Below are positions 20,305 to 29,434 of a stretch of DNA of 64,000 nucleotides, in pieces. Below the pieces are notes generated by a model, which saw only the letters and a program-made list of their open reading frames with translations, was not told the DNA's origin and did not search any database. A program made the position numbers and the translations under genes. The stretch's first letter is position 1, and every line of letters starts with the position of its first letter. This DNA comes from Synechococcus sp. (GTDB taxonomy: Bacteria; Cyanobacteriota; Cyanobacteriia; PCC-6307; Cyanobiaceae). Where the stretch lies: positions 1,176,203-1,240,202 of the forward strand of contig JBJBEO010000001.1 in NCBI GenBank assembly GCA_047284725.1, written 5' to 3'.

Positions 20305-22776
20305 ATGCGGGTTTCCCTCTCCTGGCTTCAGGACCTCGTCAAGCTCGACGACTCCACGGAACAACTGGCGGAGCGTCTGTCGATGGCAGGGTTTGAGGTG
20401 GAGGAGATCGAAGACCTCAGCTTGCTGGCCCAGGGCGTTGTGGTGGGCCATGTTCTGGAACGGGAGAAACACCCCGATGCCGACAAGCTGAGTGTTTGCC
20501 AGGTGGATGTCGGTTCCGGGACGCCTTTGCAGATCGTCTGTGGTGCCGCGAACGTTCGGGCGGGTATTCATGTTCCAGTTGCCACCGTTGGAGCTGTGCT
20601 GCCAGCGGTGGATCTGAAAATCAAATCCGGTCAGCTGCGTGGGGTGACCAGCGAGGGGATGATTTGCTCCCTGACTGAGCTCGGGCAGTCGAGCGACGTG
20701 GATGGCATCGCCATTCTTGAAGACCTGGTCGCCACGATCCCTGCTCCGGGGACCCCTGTGGCTGCGCTTCTGGGGCTGGACGACACCGTGCTGGAGCTGG
20801 CGATCACCGCCAATCGCCCGGATGGTCTTTCCATGGCCGGCATTGCCCGTGAGGTTTCAGCGCTCACAGGTGCTCGACTGAACTTGCCGCGACTGCAACA
20901 GCCCAAGGTCACAGCGCCTCTGGAGACTGATGACCACAGCGCAGATGCCATGAAGCAGGGGGGGCTCTATGCGATCACCGAGCTCAAAGGTCTCAACGCT
21001 TCCCTTCCTTCGCCCGCCTGGCTGCGTCAGCGACTGGATCGTGCCGGCATGAACAGCGTGAATGCCGTTGTCGACCTCACCAACCTCGTGATGCTGGAAC
21101 AGGGTCAGCCGTTGCATGCCTTTGATGCCGATGTGCTTGATGGTCTGTGCGGAGGTGTTGTCTCCGCCGCCGACTTCGGATTGCGTCAGGCTCGTGAGGG
21201 TGAGCTGTTTCAAGGCCTTGACGGTCGTGAGATCGAGCTCGATTCGCGGGCCCAGCTGGTCACCTGTCGCAACCGTCCTGTGGCATTGGCTGGCGTGATG
21301 GGGAGCGCAGACAGCGGCGTCACCCCTGCAACGAATAGGGTCTGGTTGGAAAGTGCGCTCTTCAGTCCCACGGCCGTGCGCAACAGTAGTCGCTGTGGTG
21401 GTCTAAGGACGGAATCCAGCAGCCGTTACGAGAAAGGGCTCCCCGTTGAGGTCACCCTTGCAGCAGCGCAGAGAGCGATCGATCTCATCCTCGAGCATCT
21501 TGGCGGCGATGCGGAGACGACCCATGTCTGCAGTGCACCGCAGGAGGAGAGAGCGCCGTTGTTGCTGCGCAGAGCGACTTTGCATCAGTTACTCGGTCCT
21601 TTGGCTTCGGATCACGGGCCCATGGATCTCGATGACACGGTGATCGAACAGTGCTTGACGGCTCTGGGTTGCGAGCTTGCATCCCGTGAGGACGGTTGGA
21701 GTGTGTCTGTGCCTCCATCGCGGAGCTGCGATCTGGTGCGCGAAGTCGACCTGATTGAAGAAGTGGCACGCCTTGTTGGATTTGATCGCTTTGAATCGCA
21801 CCTGCCTGACCCCCTCGAGCCAGGTGGTCTGAAGCCGACGCAACAGGCCGAACGTCGCCTTCGGACCCTGCTTTGCGGTTCGGGGCTGCAGGAGATCACC
21901 ACTCTCTCCTTAACTTCCGCTGAGCCGGAAGCCCAGCCGGTTGGTGAGGCTCAACCTGAAGCTCGGATTGGTATCAGCAATCCTCTTCTGGCGGAAACAA
22001 GTCACCTGCGTGCCAGCCTGTGGGAGGAACACCTGCGGGTCTGCCAGCGCAACCTTCAGGCGTCGAAGCCGGGATGTTGGCTGTTTGAAATCGGCAACGT
22101 CTTTGCCAGCCATGGCGAGGCCATTGCGCAACAGGCACGTCTCGGCGGTGTGATCTGTGCCGACCGTCGACTCGAACGCTGGAGCACCAGTGGCAAGGCA
22201 GCACCACCGGATTACTTCCAGGCCCGCGGCGTGTTGACACGAGTGTTCCAAGCCTTTCAGCTGGATGTGATCGATCGGCCCAGCACCGGCGACGGTCGGT
22301 TCCATCCAGGGCGCTGCGCCGAACTGGTGCTGGAAGGCCGCCCCCTCGGCAACTTTGGTCAGCTGCATCCGCTTCTCTGCGAACAATTTGATCTGCCTGA
22401 TCAGACCTATCTGTTTGATCTGGACGTGACGCGCTTGCTGGAAGCGGCAACCCGCAGCAACCGTTGGACGCCTGCCTACAAGCCATACCCCACGGTGCCT
22501 GCGATGGAACGGGATCTTGCCGTTGTGGTCAACCGCAACCAGCACAGTGCTGAGCTGCTCCAGGCCATTCGCAAAGCTGGTAAACCCCTGCTGGAAAGCG
22601 TTGAGTTGATTGATCGTTTTGAGGGTGGCCAGCTCACCGATGACCAGTGCAGTCAGGCATTCCGCCTTCGTTATCGCGGCAAAGCGAACACGCTGACGGA
22701 TGAGCAGGTTCTGCCTGTGCACGAGAAAGTGCGTCAGGCGCTCACCAGGCAGTTCAATGCTGAACTGCGCAGCTGA
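20305..22776 (+). CDS. pheT: Phenylalanine--tRNA ligase beta subunit
   Basis: MRVSLSWL, HPDADKL, IVCGAAN, TANRPD, DLIEEVAR, C-terminal FDX-ACB (RDLAVVV). Confidence 0.97.
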   Translation: MRVSLSWLQDLVKLDDSTEQLAERLSMAGFEVEEIEDLSLLAQGVVVGHVLEREKHPDADKLSVCQVDVGSGTPLQIVCGAANVRAGIHVPVATVGAVLPAVDLKIKSGQLRGVTSEGMICSLTELGQSSDVDGIAILEDLVATIPAPGTPVAALLGLDDTVLELAITANRPDGLSMAGIAREVSALTGARLNLPRLQQPKVTAPLETDDHSADAMKQGGLYAITELKGLNASLPSPAWLRQRLDRAGMNSVNAVVDLTNLVMLEQGQPLHAFDADVLDGLCGGVVSAADFGLRQAREGELFQGLDGREIELDSRAQLVTCRNRPVALAGVMGSADSGVTPATNRVWLESALFSPTAVRNSSRCGGLRTESSSRYEKGLPVEVTLAAAQRAIDLILEHLGGDAETTHVCSAPQEERAPLLLRRATLHQLLGPLASDHGPMDLDDTVIEQCLTALGCELASREDGWSVSVPPSRSCDLVREVDLIEEVARLVGFDRFESHLPDPLEPGGLKPTQQAERRLRTLLCGSGLQEITTLSLTSAEPEAQPVGEAQPEARIGISNPLLAETSHLRASLWEEHLRVCQRNLQASKPGCWLFEIGNVFASHGEAIAQQARLGGVICADRRLERWSTSGKAAPPDYFQARGVLTRVFQAFQLDVIDRPSTGDGRFHPGRCAELVLEGRPLGNFGQLHPLLCEQFDLPDQTYLFDLDVTRLLEAATRSNRWTPAYKPYPTVPAMERDLAVVVNRNQHSAELLQAIRKAGKPLLESVELIDRFEGGQLTDDQCSQAFRLRYRGKANTLTDEQVLPVHEKVRQALTRQFNAELRS

Positions 22777-22781
22777 TCCGA

Positions 22782-24158
22782 TCAGCGACGTTTCAACAAA
22801 GCCAAGCACTCGAGATGGGTGGTCTGAGGAAAGAAATCGACGGGTTGAAGCTGCTCGATGGCATACACACCCTCCTCCCCCGCCAGCCGTTTGAGATCCC
22901 GGGAGAGCGTGGCTGGGTCACAACTGAGATAGGCCAGCCACCTCGGCGGGCATGCCAGGACATGGTCAACGACCTTAGGATCCAAGCCTTTGCGGGGTGG
23001 GTCGACCACCAGTGCATCGTGGCTGGGCAAGGCCTCTTTCAGATGGGTTTTGACATCCCCTGCTTTGAATTGGACGGTCTCGAGCCGGTTGCGTGATGCG
23101 TTCATACGGGCCTGATCGACGGAGGCTTGGTGCAGTTCCAGTCCGAGCACGGTGTGCCCCTGGGCCGCAAGCGGAAGCGCAATGGTGCCGATGCCGCAAT
23201 AGGCATCGATCACCGTGGTGGATCCAGCATTCAGCAGAAGCCAGGAACAAAGCCGGTGAATGGCGGCTTCAGCCTGCAGGGTGTTGACCTGAAAAAACGT
23301 GGTTGTTCCAAGCCGGAGCGAGAGATCGCAGAAGGTTTCCTCGATGTGGTCTTCACCACACAGACGTTCTGTCTGCGAGCCCAGCACCTTGTTGTTGCGC
23401 TGGGGCTGCAGATTGAGGGTCACACCTTTGACCTGGGGCCATCGGCGACACCATGCTTGGGCAAGATCTCGAAGCCCATCCAACGCTGTTGTGCTACTGA
23501 CCAGCGTCAACAAGACCTCATCGGTACGGGTGCCGAGGCGAAGACCGAGATGGCGCAGTCCATCACCGTTGTGCAGATCGGCATCAGCCGGCCAGCCGGT
23601 AGCTTGCAGATCCTGCTTGATCGGCTCCAACAAGTCATCCAGGCGTGGATCCAGGACAGGGCAATGGTTGAGGTTGACGATGCGATGGGATCCACGCCTG
23701 TAGTAGCCCATGCGTAATTTTCCTTGGGCATCCCTGTGCAAAGGAATCAGGGCTCGATTGCGATAGCCCAGCGCTTGGGATGGATTGGTGAGCACCGGTT
23801 CTGACTGATGCTGCAGCCCCCCGATACGCGACAGGGCTCGATCAAGTTGTCGGTGCTTCCATGCCGTCTGACTGCTGTCGTTGAGATGCTGAAGGCTGCA
23901 ACCACCACAGTCATTGGCAAGAATGCAGGGGGGCTTACGCCCGTCCACGGCGGCGAGCAGGGTCTCGGTACGACGCGCCAACCATTGCGACCGCTTGCGT
24001 TGTTGCAACTGAACCCGTGCCACCTCTCCGGGCAGGAGACAAGGAACTACCACAACCCAGTTCTGCCAACGGGCGATGCCATTGCCGCGTAGGTCGAGAT
24101 CCTCACCGGTCACGGTGATCACCAGGCCTGGAACGGGTGTGGGGTTGGTCTCGGCCAT
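22782..24158 (-). CDS. rlmD: 23S rRNA (uracil-C5)-methyltransferase, RlmD family
   Basis: TRAM domain, C..CGGC, FFQVN, DAYCGIG, DPPRKG, YLSCDPATL, DFFPQTTHLE. Confidence 0.92.
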   Translation of the reverse strand: MAETNPTPVPGLVITVTGEDLDLRGNGIARWQNWVVVVPCLLPGEVARVQLQQRKRSQWLARRTETLLAAVDGRKPPCILANDCGGCSLQHLNDSSQTAWKHRQLDRALSRIGGLQHQSEPVLTNPSQALGYRNRALIPLHRDAQGKLRMGYYRRGSHRIVNLNHCPVLDPRLDDLLEPIKQDLQATGWPADADLHNGDGLRHLGLRLGTRTDEVLLTLVSSTTALDGLRDLAQAWCRRWPQVKGVTLNLQPQRNNKVLGSQTERLCGEDHIEETFCDLSLRLGTTTFFQVNTLQAEAAIHRLCSWLLLNAGSTTVIDAYCGIGTIALPLAAQGHTVLGLELHQASVDQARMNASRNRLETVQFKAGDVKTHLKEALPSHDALVVDPPRKGLDPKVVDHVLACPPRWLAYLSCDPATLSRDLKRLAGEEGVYAIEQLQPVDFFPQTTHLECLALLKRR

Positions 24159-24238
24159 TGCAAAGGCGTTACACCCAAGCCGCGGTGCGCGGTTTGAGGG
24201 CTTTAGAGCACTAAACTCTCTTCAGCATGTCAGCCGTC

Positions 24239-24733
24239 ATGAGCGTTGTTCGGGATCTGATTCTGCAGGCCGATGACGATCTCCGCTATCCCACCAGCGG
24301 TGAATTGCGCTCGATGGTCGACTTCCTCGATCAGGGAGCCGTCCGCCTGTCGGTTGTTCGCGTCTTGACCGACAACGAGAAGAAAATCGTTGATGAGTCG
24401 GCCAAACAGCTGTTCAGCCGTAAACCCGAATACGTGGCACCTGGCGGCAATGCCTATGGCCAGAAGCAGCGTGCTCAATGCCTTCGCGACTACAGCTGGT
24501 ACCTGCGCTTGGTGACCTACGGCGTCTTGGCAGGAAGCACCGAAATGATCCAAAACATCGGTTTGGTGGGTGCCCGCGAGATGTACAACAGCCTGGGTGT
24601 CCCGATGCAGGGAATGGTTGAGGCGATGAAAGCCATGCGCGAAGCATCGCTAGCGCTTCTTTCCGATGATCAGCAATCCCTCGCTTCTCCCTACTTCGAC
24701 TTTCTGATTCAGGGCATGCAGACGTCCACCTGA
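24239..24733 (+). CDS. apcD: Allophycocyanin-B alpha subunit
   Basis: MSVVRDLILQADDDLRYPTSGEL, PGGNAYG..QRAQCLRDYSWYLRLVTYGVLAG; monocistronic. Confidence 0.9.
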   Translation: MSVVRDLILQADDDLRYPTSGELRSMVDFLDQGAVRLSVVRVLTDNEKKIVDESAKQLFSRKPEYVAPGGNAYGQKQRAQCLRDYSWYLRLVTYGVLAGSTEMIQNIGLVGAREMYNSLGVPMQGMVEAMKAMREASLALLSDDQQSLASPYFDFLIQGMQTST

Positions 24734-24760
24734 TTGATCACGTCCTCAACCTGCGCAGTT

Positions 24761-24786
24761 GCCGGTGATCACCACCGGCCTTTTTA
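24761..24786 (+). terminator. Intrinsic terminator of apcD
   Basis: GCCGGTG-ATCAC-CACCGGC followed by CTTTTTA. Confidence 0.8.
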
Positions 24787-24813
24787 TTGTCTTCAGGTCC
24801 CAATAGCCGAAGT

Positions 24814-25631
24814 CAAGACTTAGTGCGAGACCGAGTTTGCGACACGTTCTGGATAGACGAAACATATGGATCCTGTCCCTGTAATGCCCCCCGGGCAGCG
24901 ACAAGCTACTGGTGCACATTGCTTTTGAGCGGTCTCTGCAGCAATGATCGACAATCCTGGGTCTTGCCTGAGTCTTATTTCTAGTCTCGTACCTGGACTC
25001 AGGGGCGATGGGTGGTGAGCTTTCTGGCGTCTCACCAGGGATGCATCAAATGAGGCATTTGCTCTTCCTTGGATCGAAAGTGGACCGCCGGGCTTGGCTT
25101 GACCCTGCGTATCTGTGTCTACAGCAGGTACGCAGGGTCAAATAATCAAGTAAAAACAGAAATCTTCGGCCCTGCTATTTGGACTGGACGACGATCATGG
25201 ACTCGGTGGACACGGGGATGGCCACCCGGAGTGCGCCTCTTCGCCTGTTTTCTGTCCGTCGTCGACGTGGTTGATCCAACGTCAGAGGACGTCAGCAAAG
25301 GGTTGGGAGGCTGCAAATAAAACGATCGAAAAAATCGATGTTGATTCTTTTTGATTGCCTTGCAGTGACAAGGATTTGGCCTTGCTGGTCTAGAATTGGT
25401 CTCGTGGCGCGTCTCAGGTCTGGACTGACCCTGGTCGAGCTGGATTCAATTCCGCCTGTCGGGTGCCCCCTTGCTGGGTCTTGCATGGCCTTGTAGTGCC
25501 GAGCTGGCGATGATCAGGATCCGAGCGGTTGTCGGCCTGAGCGGGTCAAGCTCGTCTGGTTCGCCCAGCGAGAACCCTTGTGTCGTGACTGTCTTGGATG
25601 AGACGGGAAATGGGTCTTGCGATGGGTCTTG
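24814..25631. repeat. Dispersed, helically phased GTCTYR repeat array, including 4x TGGGTCTTGC
   Basis: Copies at 24814(-), 24826(-), 24961, 24972, 24984, 25029, 25399, 25411, 25478, 25591, 25599(-), 25614, 25626. Confidence 0.75.
25099..25141. repeat. 43-bp inverted repeat (13-bp perfect arms, 17 bp with one G-U)
   Basis: TTGACCCTGCGTA TCTG TGTCTACAG CAGG TACGCAGGGTCAA. Confidence 0.85.
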
Positions 25632-25645
25632 CTAGAGACTGTCGG

Positions 25646-26737
25646 TCAGTTTTTTTGTCGATAAAGCTCTCGCAGCATTCCATAGGCCTCGTTGAGGCGT
25701 CGCATGGCGTCTGTCGAGCCTCCTGAATCGGGATGGGTGTCCAACGCTTGTTGCTTGTACGCATCGCGAATGATTTTCAGTGTGAGGGATGCGCCGGCTT
25801 GCGTTGGGATGCCAAGCAGCTTCAGAGCTCCATGCACGGTCATGGTGGATTCCAGCGTTTCAAAGGAGGTGACTTTGCGGCTGCGTTTGAATCGATTAAC
25901 GAAACGTCGAATCAACGTCGGCAGCCGGTGAATCAGCGTTGCGGAGGCGAAGGGATCTTCCAGAATCCCTGCGACAACCATCACCTGCTCAAAGCGTGGT
26001 GCTGCTTCCACCCATCCCGGGCAGAGGGAGTTGATCATTCCACTGGCTTGCGTCCAGGTGAAGGTGCGGCCTTCTGCGCCGTCGACATTCGGCCAGATGT
26101 CTCGAGCCAGCCATGTCATGGCGGCTTCCAGAACGGTGCTTCCTGCAGACTTGCCGTAGAGCGCCAACCAGTGGTCCGCAACGGCTTGGCTGCATGTGAC
26201 CAGCACCGTTGTTTCGATGGTCGGCAGCAGCGGACTGTCGGCCGTCTTCGATCCTTTCGGTTTCAGGCTTTCTCTGATTTCACTGGTGCGCTTCTGAACA
26301 AAGCCGGGGAGGTTGATTCCTCCTGTTGATTTGTTGGCGGCTTTGACCTCCGTGGAAGCAACGTCATGCGGAGCGACTTCCCGACCATCAATCATGTCCA
26401 GAGCGCCACGCCCAATCAGGACCAGGGCACGATCTTCGCTGTAGCTCGGTCCAACAGGGGTTGCTGACTGGTGATCAAGCTCTGAACTCTCTGTGGAGTG
26501 AGACCCGGCAGAGGTTGTGCCGATATCCACTTGGGTGTTGGAAGAATCCGCACCGTCCAGGCGGTCTTCGTCGTCCTGATCGTCGTAGCTCCTGAAAATT
26601 TCCTCAAGCACCCGTGTGAGGCAATCGCCTCGGGCTCGGAGGCCCCACTCCCCTTTGAGATCATCCAGACGCCTGACGAGAGAGTTGGGCAGCTCAACAC
26701 TGATCCGCCGCCTCTCGTTGGTCTCAGGTTCTGTCAC
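25646..26737 (-). CDS. Protein with N-terminal ribbon-helix-helix-like domain and C-terminal J-domain
   Basis: RRRISVELPNSLVRRLDDLKGEWG...RGDCLTRVLEE (CopG/RHH pattern); ALKLLG...IRDAYKQQALDTHPDSGGSTDAMRRLNEAY (J-domain HPD). Confidence 0.85.
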   Translation of the reverse strand: MTEPETNERRRISVELPNSLVRRLDDLKGEWGLRARGDCLTRVLEEIFRSYDDQDDEDRLDGADSSNTQVDIGTTSAGSHSTESSELDHQSATPVGPSYSEDRALVLIGRGALDMIDGREVAPHDVASTEVKAANKSTGGINLPGFVQKRTSEIRESLKPKGSKTADSPLLPTIETTVLVTCSQAVADHWLALYGKSAGSTVLEAAMTWLARDIWPNVDGAEGRTFTWTQASGMINSLCPGWVEAAPRFEQVMVVAGILEDPFASATLIHRLPTLIRRFVNRFKRSRKVTSFETLESTMTVHGALKLLGIPTQAGASLTLKIIRDAYKQQALDTHPDSGGSTDAMRRLNEAYGMLRELYRQKN

Positions 26738-26762
26738 TCAAGTCAGACTTTGCAAGCCAAGC

Positions 26763-28388
26763 TTATCGACCTTGCATGCGCCGAAGCCACTCTTCTTTGA
26801 TGCGTAGGGCCTCTCGATAACGCTGCTCGAGACTGGGCGTCAATCGATTCGGCATGATCATCGCTGGTGGCATGGTGCTGGTTCCTCGCCGGGAGCCTGC
26901 CATGGTTGATCGCTGTCGTGAGGAGGGCTGATGATCAGATGGCCTCCTCTGCGGGGCAAGAACCTCAGGAGGTTGGGGTAAGGGCGTTGACCGCGTTTTC
27001 GCTACGGGTGCCGGCGGAGCTGTGGTGGGAGTGATCTGTCGTTCTTTCTTGGCAGCGAGTTCCCGTTCTGCAGCTTCCTGCAGCTGTTGGCGCCGTTGCA
27101 TCATGGCCAGTTGTTGCACGGGTACAACCGATAAGAGGTGTCCCGGTGTCGCATCCGCTGGGTAGACAAGGCTCACCTTGACGCGGTTGTTCTGGCCTGG
27201 TTTCAGATTGAGCTGACTGATGGGAAGGCTCTGGCCTGATCGAAGTCCTACGTGCACTTCGCGATAGCCTTCATCCATTTCGATTCTCAACGATCCACGA
27301 AATGCTGTAAAAGCACTACGCCCGGACGCAACTGGATGACTGAGAACAAGCTCATGGGGGCCTGTTCCTGTCAGGTTCAGATCGATGTCGTAGCGCACGC
27401 CGTAGGTGCCGACATTGTTCACGGCTGAGTCGATCATGCGCGTGCTCAGAGGGTTGATCTGAATGTCCCTGGTGCCGAAATGATGCTTGTGGGTGCTGGT
27501 GAGCGGAACATGCAAGGAGCCTTGCTGAAGATCGTGCCGAATGGAGGCGGTGTAGTGGTCTCCGAGTGCAACACCTGCAACTCGTGAAAACACTCTTCCT
27601 TGTTCAATTTCTCTGAGTCTGTTCAGATAAATGCGTCCAGGGGCCAGTCTTCCTCTGTCAAGCACGGCCATCAGATCTGATTCATTCTGGCTTTCCTCTG
27701 CTGCAACAACAGCCATTTGAAACTTGCCATCGCTGCTTCCTCTCAGCAGCCCGTTGGCAATTCCCCGTGCAGGCAGCACAGTGCTCACGATCACCCTCCG
27801 ACTTCTCGGAGGAATCACAATCCTTTCAGGTAATCCTCGATCCAGTTCGCCCCTGAGCATCTGCACGGCGGTTGCGTCACCGGGGCCTGTGTTCCATGGG
27901 CGCCGACCAAGTGGCTTCACACCCATGAGTTTGTTGGGGTGATAAGGGGCTTCAAAGCTATTTTTGACTGACCCTCTCTTCATGGTGAGTGTGACCGGCC
28001 GACTGCCAGGATTGATTGCGATAGCAGCAATCGTGAGCAGTCCTCGCTTCCTTCTGCCACCAAGACGCGAAGAATCACTTGGGTAATACTTGTGATGCAT
28101 ATGCAGCCCGAATTCACCGTTGAAGGTGAAGGCCGCATTGCGCAGAGGCTGATTTGTTTCCGCTGCAATTCCTACACCCTGCTGGGTGTTGACCAGAATC
28201 CCCCCCCCTTTAACAATTTCCGGCTGATTGGAATGGAGAACAGGCACGTTATTGAACGTACCGTTCAAGGGCCGTGCGGCTTGACCGGCCATCAAGGGGA
28301 CGTAGGCCATCGCAGGCTGATGCAGGAGTGTCTCGCCGATCAAGGAAGAGACGCCGAACAAGACTAGGAGTGAGATGCGCTGAGACAA
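26763..28388 (-). CDS. DUF3370-family exported protein (start approximate)
   Basis: RPLNG.FNNVPVLHSNQPE...GILV, SRVAGVA.G, N.GTYGVRYD, FRG motifs; signal-like segment before AYVPL; Pro-rich low-complexity C-tail. Confidence 0.72.
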   Translation of the reverse strand: MSQRISLLVLFGVSSLIGETLLHQPAMAYVPLMAGQAARPLNGTFNNVPVLHSNQPEIVKGGGILVNTQQGVGIAAETNQPLRNAAFTFNGEFGLHMHHKYYPSDSSRLGGRRKRGLLTIAAIAINPGSRPVTLTMKRGSVKNSFEAPYHPNKLMGVKPLGRRPWNTGPGDATAVQMLRGELDRGLPERIVIPPRSRRVIVSTVLPARGIANGLLRGSSDGKFQMAVVAAEESQNESDLMAVLDRGRLAPGRIYLNRLREIEQGRVFSRVAGVALGDHYTASIRHDLQQGSLHVPLTSTHKHHFGTRDIQINPLSTRMIDSAVNNVGTYGVRYDIDLNLTGTGPHELVLSHPVASGRSAFTAFRGSLRIEMDEGYREVHVGLRSGQSLPISQLNLKPGQNNRVKVSLVYPADATPGHLLSVVPVQQLAMMQRRQQLQEAAERELAAKKERQITPTTAPPAPVAKTRSTPLPQPPEVLAPQRRPSDHQPSSRQRSTMAGSRRGTSTMPPAMIMPNRLTPSLEQRYREALRIKEEWLRRMQGR

Positions 28389-28533
28389 GGGAGACTCCTG
28401 CGGCGAGCTTGCGTCGCTGTTCCGTGGAACAAACTTCGCAGCCCTCAAACTTAAACACGTTTGGCTCGAAAGCCAATGTGCTTCGCGAACTCGCCACGAG
28501 TTAGCGAGGATTGAACAATCTTTGCTCGACCTC

Positions 28534-28716
28534 ATGTTTCCTTCCTCTCTCTGCTCGGCCACGTCTGGCTCTGACTGGCGTCAGCAGCACCAGAAACGCA
28601 AGCTCGACATGCTGCGCTTCTGGCGCGATGGATTGGAGCGACAACTCGCCGCCGTGAATGCCTCTCTTGCAACCCTGGAGGGTCAGATCAGCCGCGACTC
28701 TGAGACGTCTGACTGA
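28534..28716 (+). CDS. Small coiled-coil hypothetical protein (60 aa)
   Basis: KRKLDMLRFWRDGLERQLAAVNASLATLEGQI heptad pattern; fills the gap and ends 6 bp from the sigma gene stop. Confidence 0.65.
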   Translation: MFPSSLCSATSGSDWRQQHQKRKLDMLRFWRDGLERQLAAVNASLATLEGQISRDSETSD

Positions 28717-28722
28717 GGATGC

Positions 28723-29379
28723 CTACGGTCTGAGGCCCTTCTGTCGACAATCACCCGCCAGTCTGCGCAGCCCTCGTTTGACCCGTCGTTGCACCGTCAT
28801 CGCACTGGTTCCCAGACGTTCCGCAGTTGTTCTCAGGCTGGTGCCTTCAACAACGACAGCTTGTAGGCAATCCCGTTCTTGCCTGGGCAATGCCTTCCAG
28901 CAGGTTGCCAATGCGCTTTTCCGCTCGTTGTCCGTGAGCCGTTGCATGTCTGATAGCTCGTGTTGCTGCTGATAATGGACTTGTTCGTCGTAGTCGCTCC
29001 ACTGGGCCTGATAGCGATACGTGTTGACCACCAGAGAGTCCTGCGCAGTCAGGTTTGACCTGGATGGTGAGTTGGAGCTGTGCTCCCGGATCATGCGTTG
29101 CGCTTGTTCCTGCAGTGTTCTCGGCAATCGCACCAAGCCTGCGTTGTCGCGCAGGTAGTGAAGGATTGCTCCGCGAATGTGCGCTTTCGCATACCCCCTG
29201 AATGTGTTTTCACCACCGGTGTTGTACTGCTGGGCAGCTTTCAGCAGTCCTAAGCGTCCCACCTGTGTCAGGTCGTCGTGATCCTGGCCCGATGCCCGGG
29301 AGTAATGCCATGCGATTGGCGTGACGAGATCGAGATAGGCCAGGACCTGTTCGTTTCTTTGGTTGGCTGTGTGGTTCAT
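28723..29379 (-). CDS. Alternative sigma-70 factor (group 3, SigF-like)
   Basis: Region 2 DDLTQVGRLGLLKAA..Y....F..YA..HIRGAILHYLRD...VRLPR; region 4 SLRTTAERLGTSAMTVQRRVKRGL. Confidence 0.9.
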   Translation of the reverse strand: MNHTANQRNEQVLAYLDLVTPIAWHYSRASGQDHDDLTQVGRLGLLKAAQQYNTGGENTFRGYAKAHIRGAILHYLRDNAGLVRLPRTLQEQAQRMIREHSSNSPSRSNLTAQDSLVVNTYRYQAQWSDYDEQVHYQQQHELSDMQRLTDNERKSALATCWKALPRQERDCLQAVVVEGTSLRTTAERLGTSAMTVQRRVKRGLRRLAGDCRQKGLRP

Positions 29380-29434
29380 GGTTGTGCCGTTGAGGTTTGG
29401 ATCGGTTCACCCTCATCACTCAGCCATTCACGGT

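Noticed and set aside
25134..25163. Possible dif (XerCD) site GGTCAAATAA-TCAAGT-AAAAACAGAAAT
   Set aside because: The right arm lacks the conserved TTATGTTAAAT XerD-type half-site, so the resemblance is weak.
24787..25486. Short ORFs in the apcD-downstream gap (24787-24984, 24820-25035, 25069-25320, 25292-25486)
   Set aside because: No recognisable motifs, atypical composition, mutual overlaps; treated as non-coding.
24814..25631. CRISPR array
   Set aside because: Repeats are only 6-10 bp with irregular spacing, and there are no cas genes.
29380..29434. Structured leader upstream of the sigma gene (TGAGG...CCTCA)
   Set aside because: Short imperfect stem with no match to a riboswitch I recognise.
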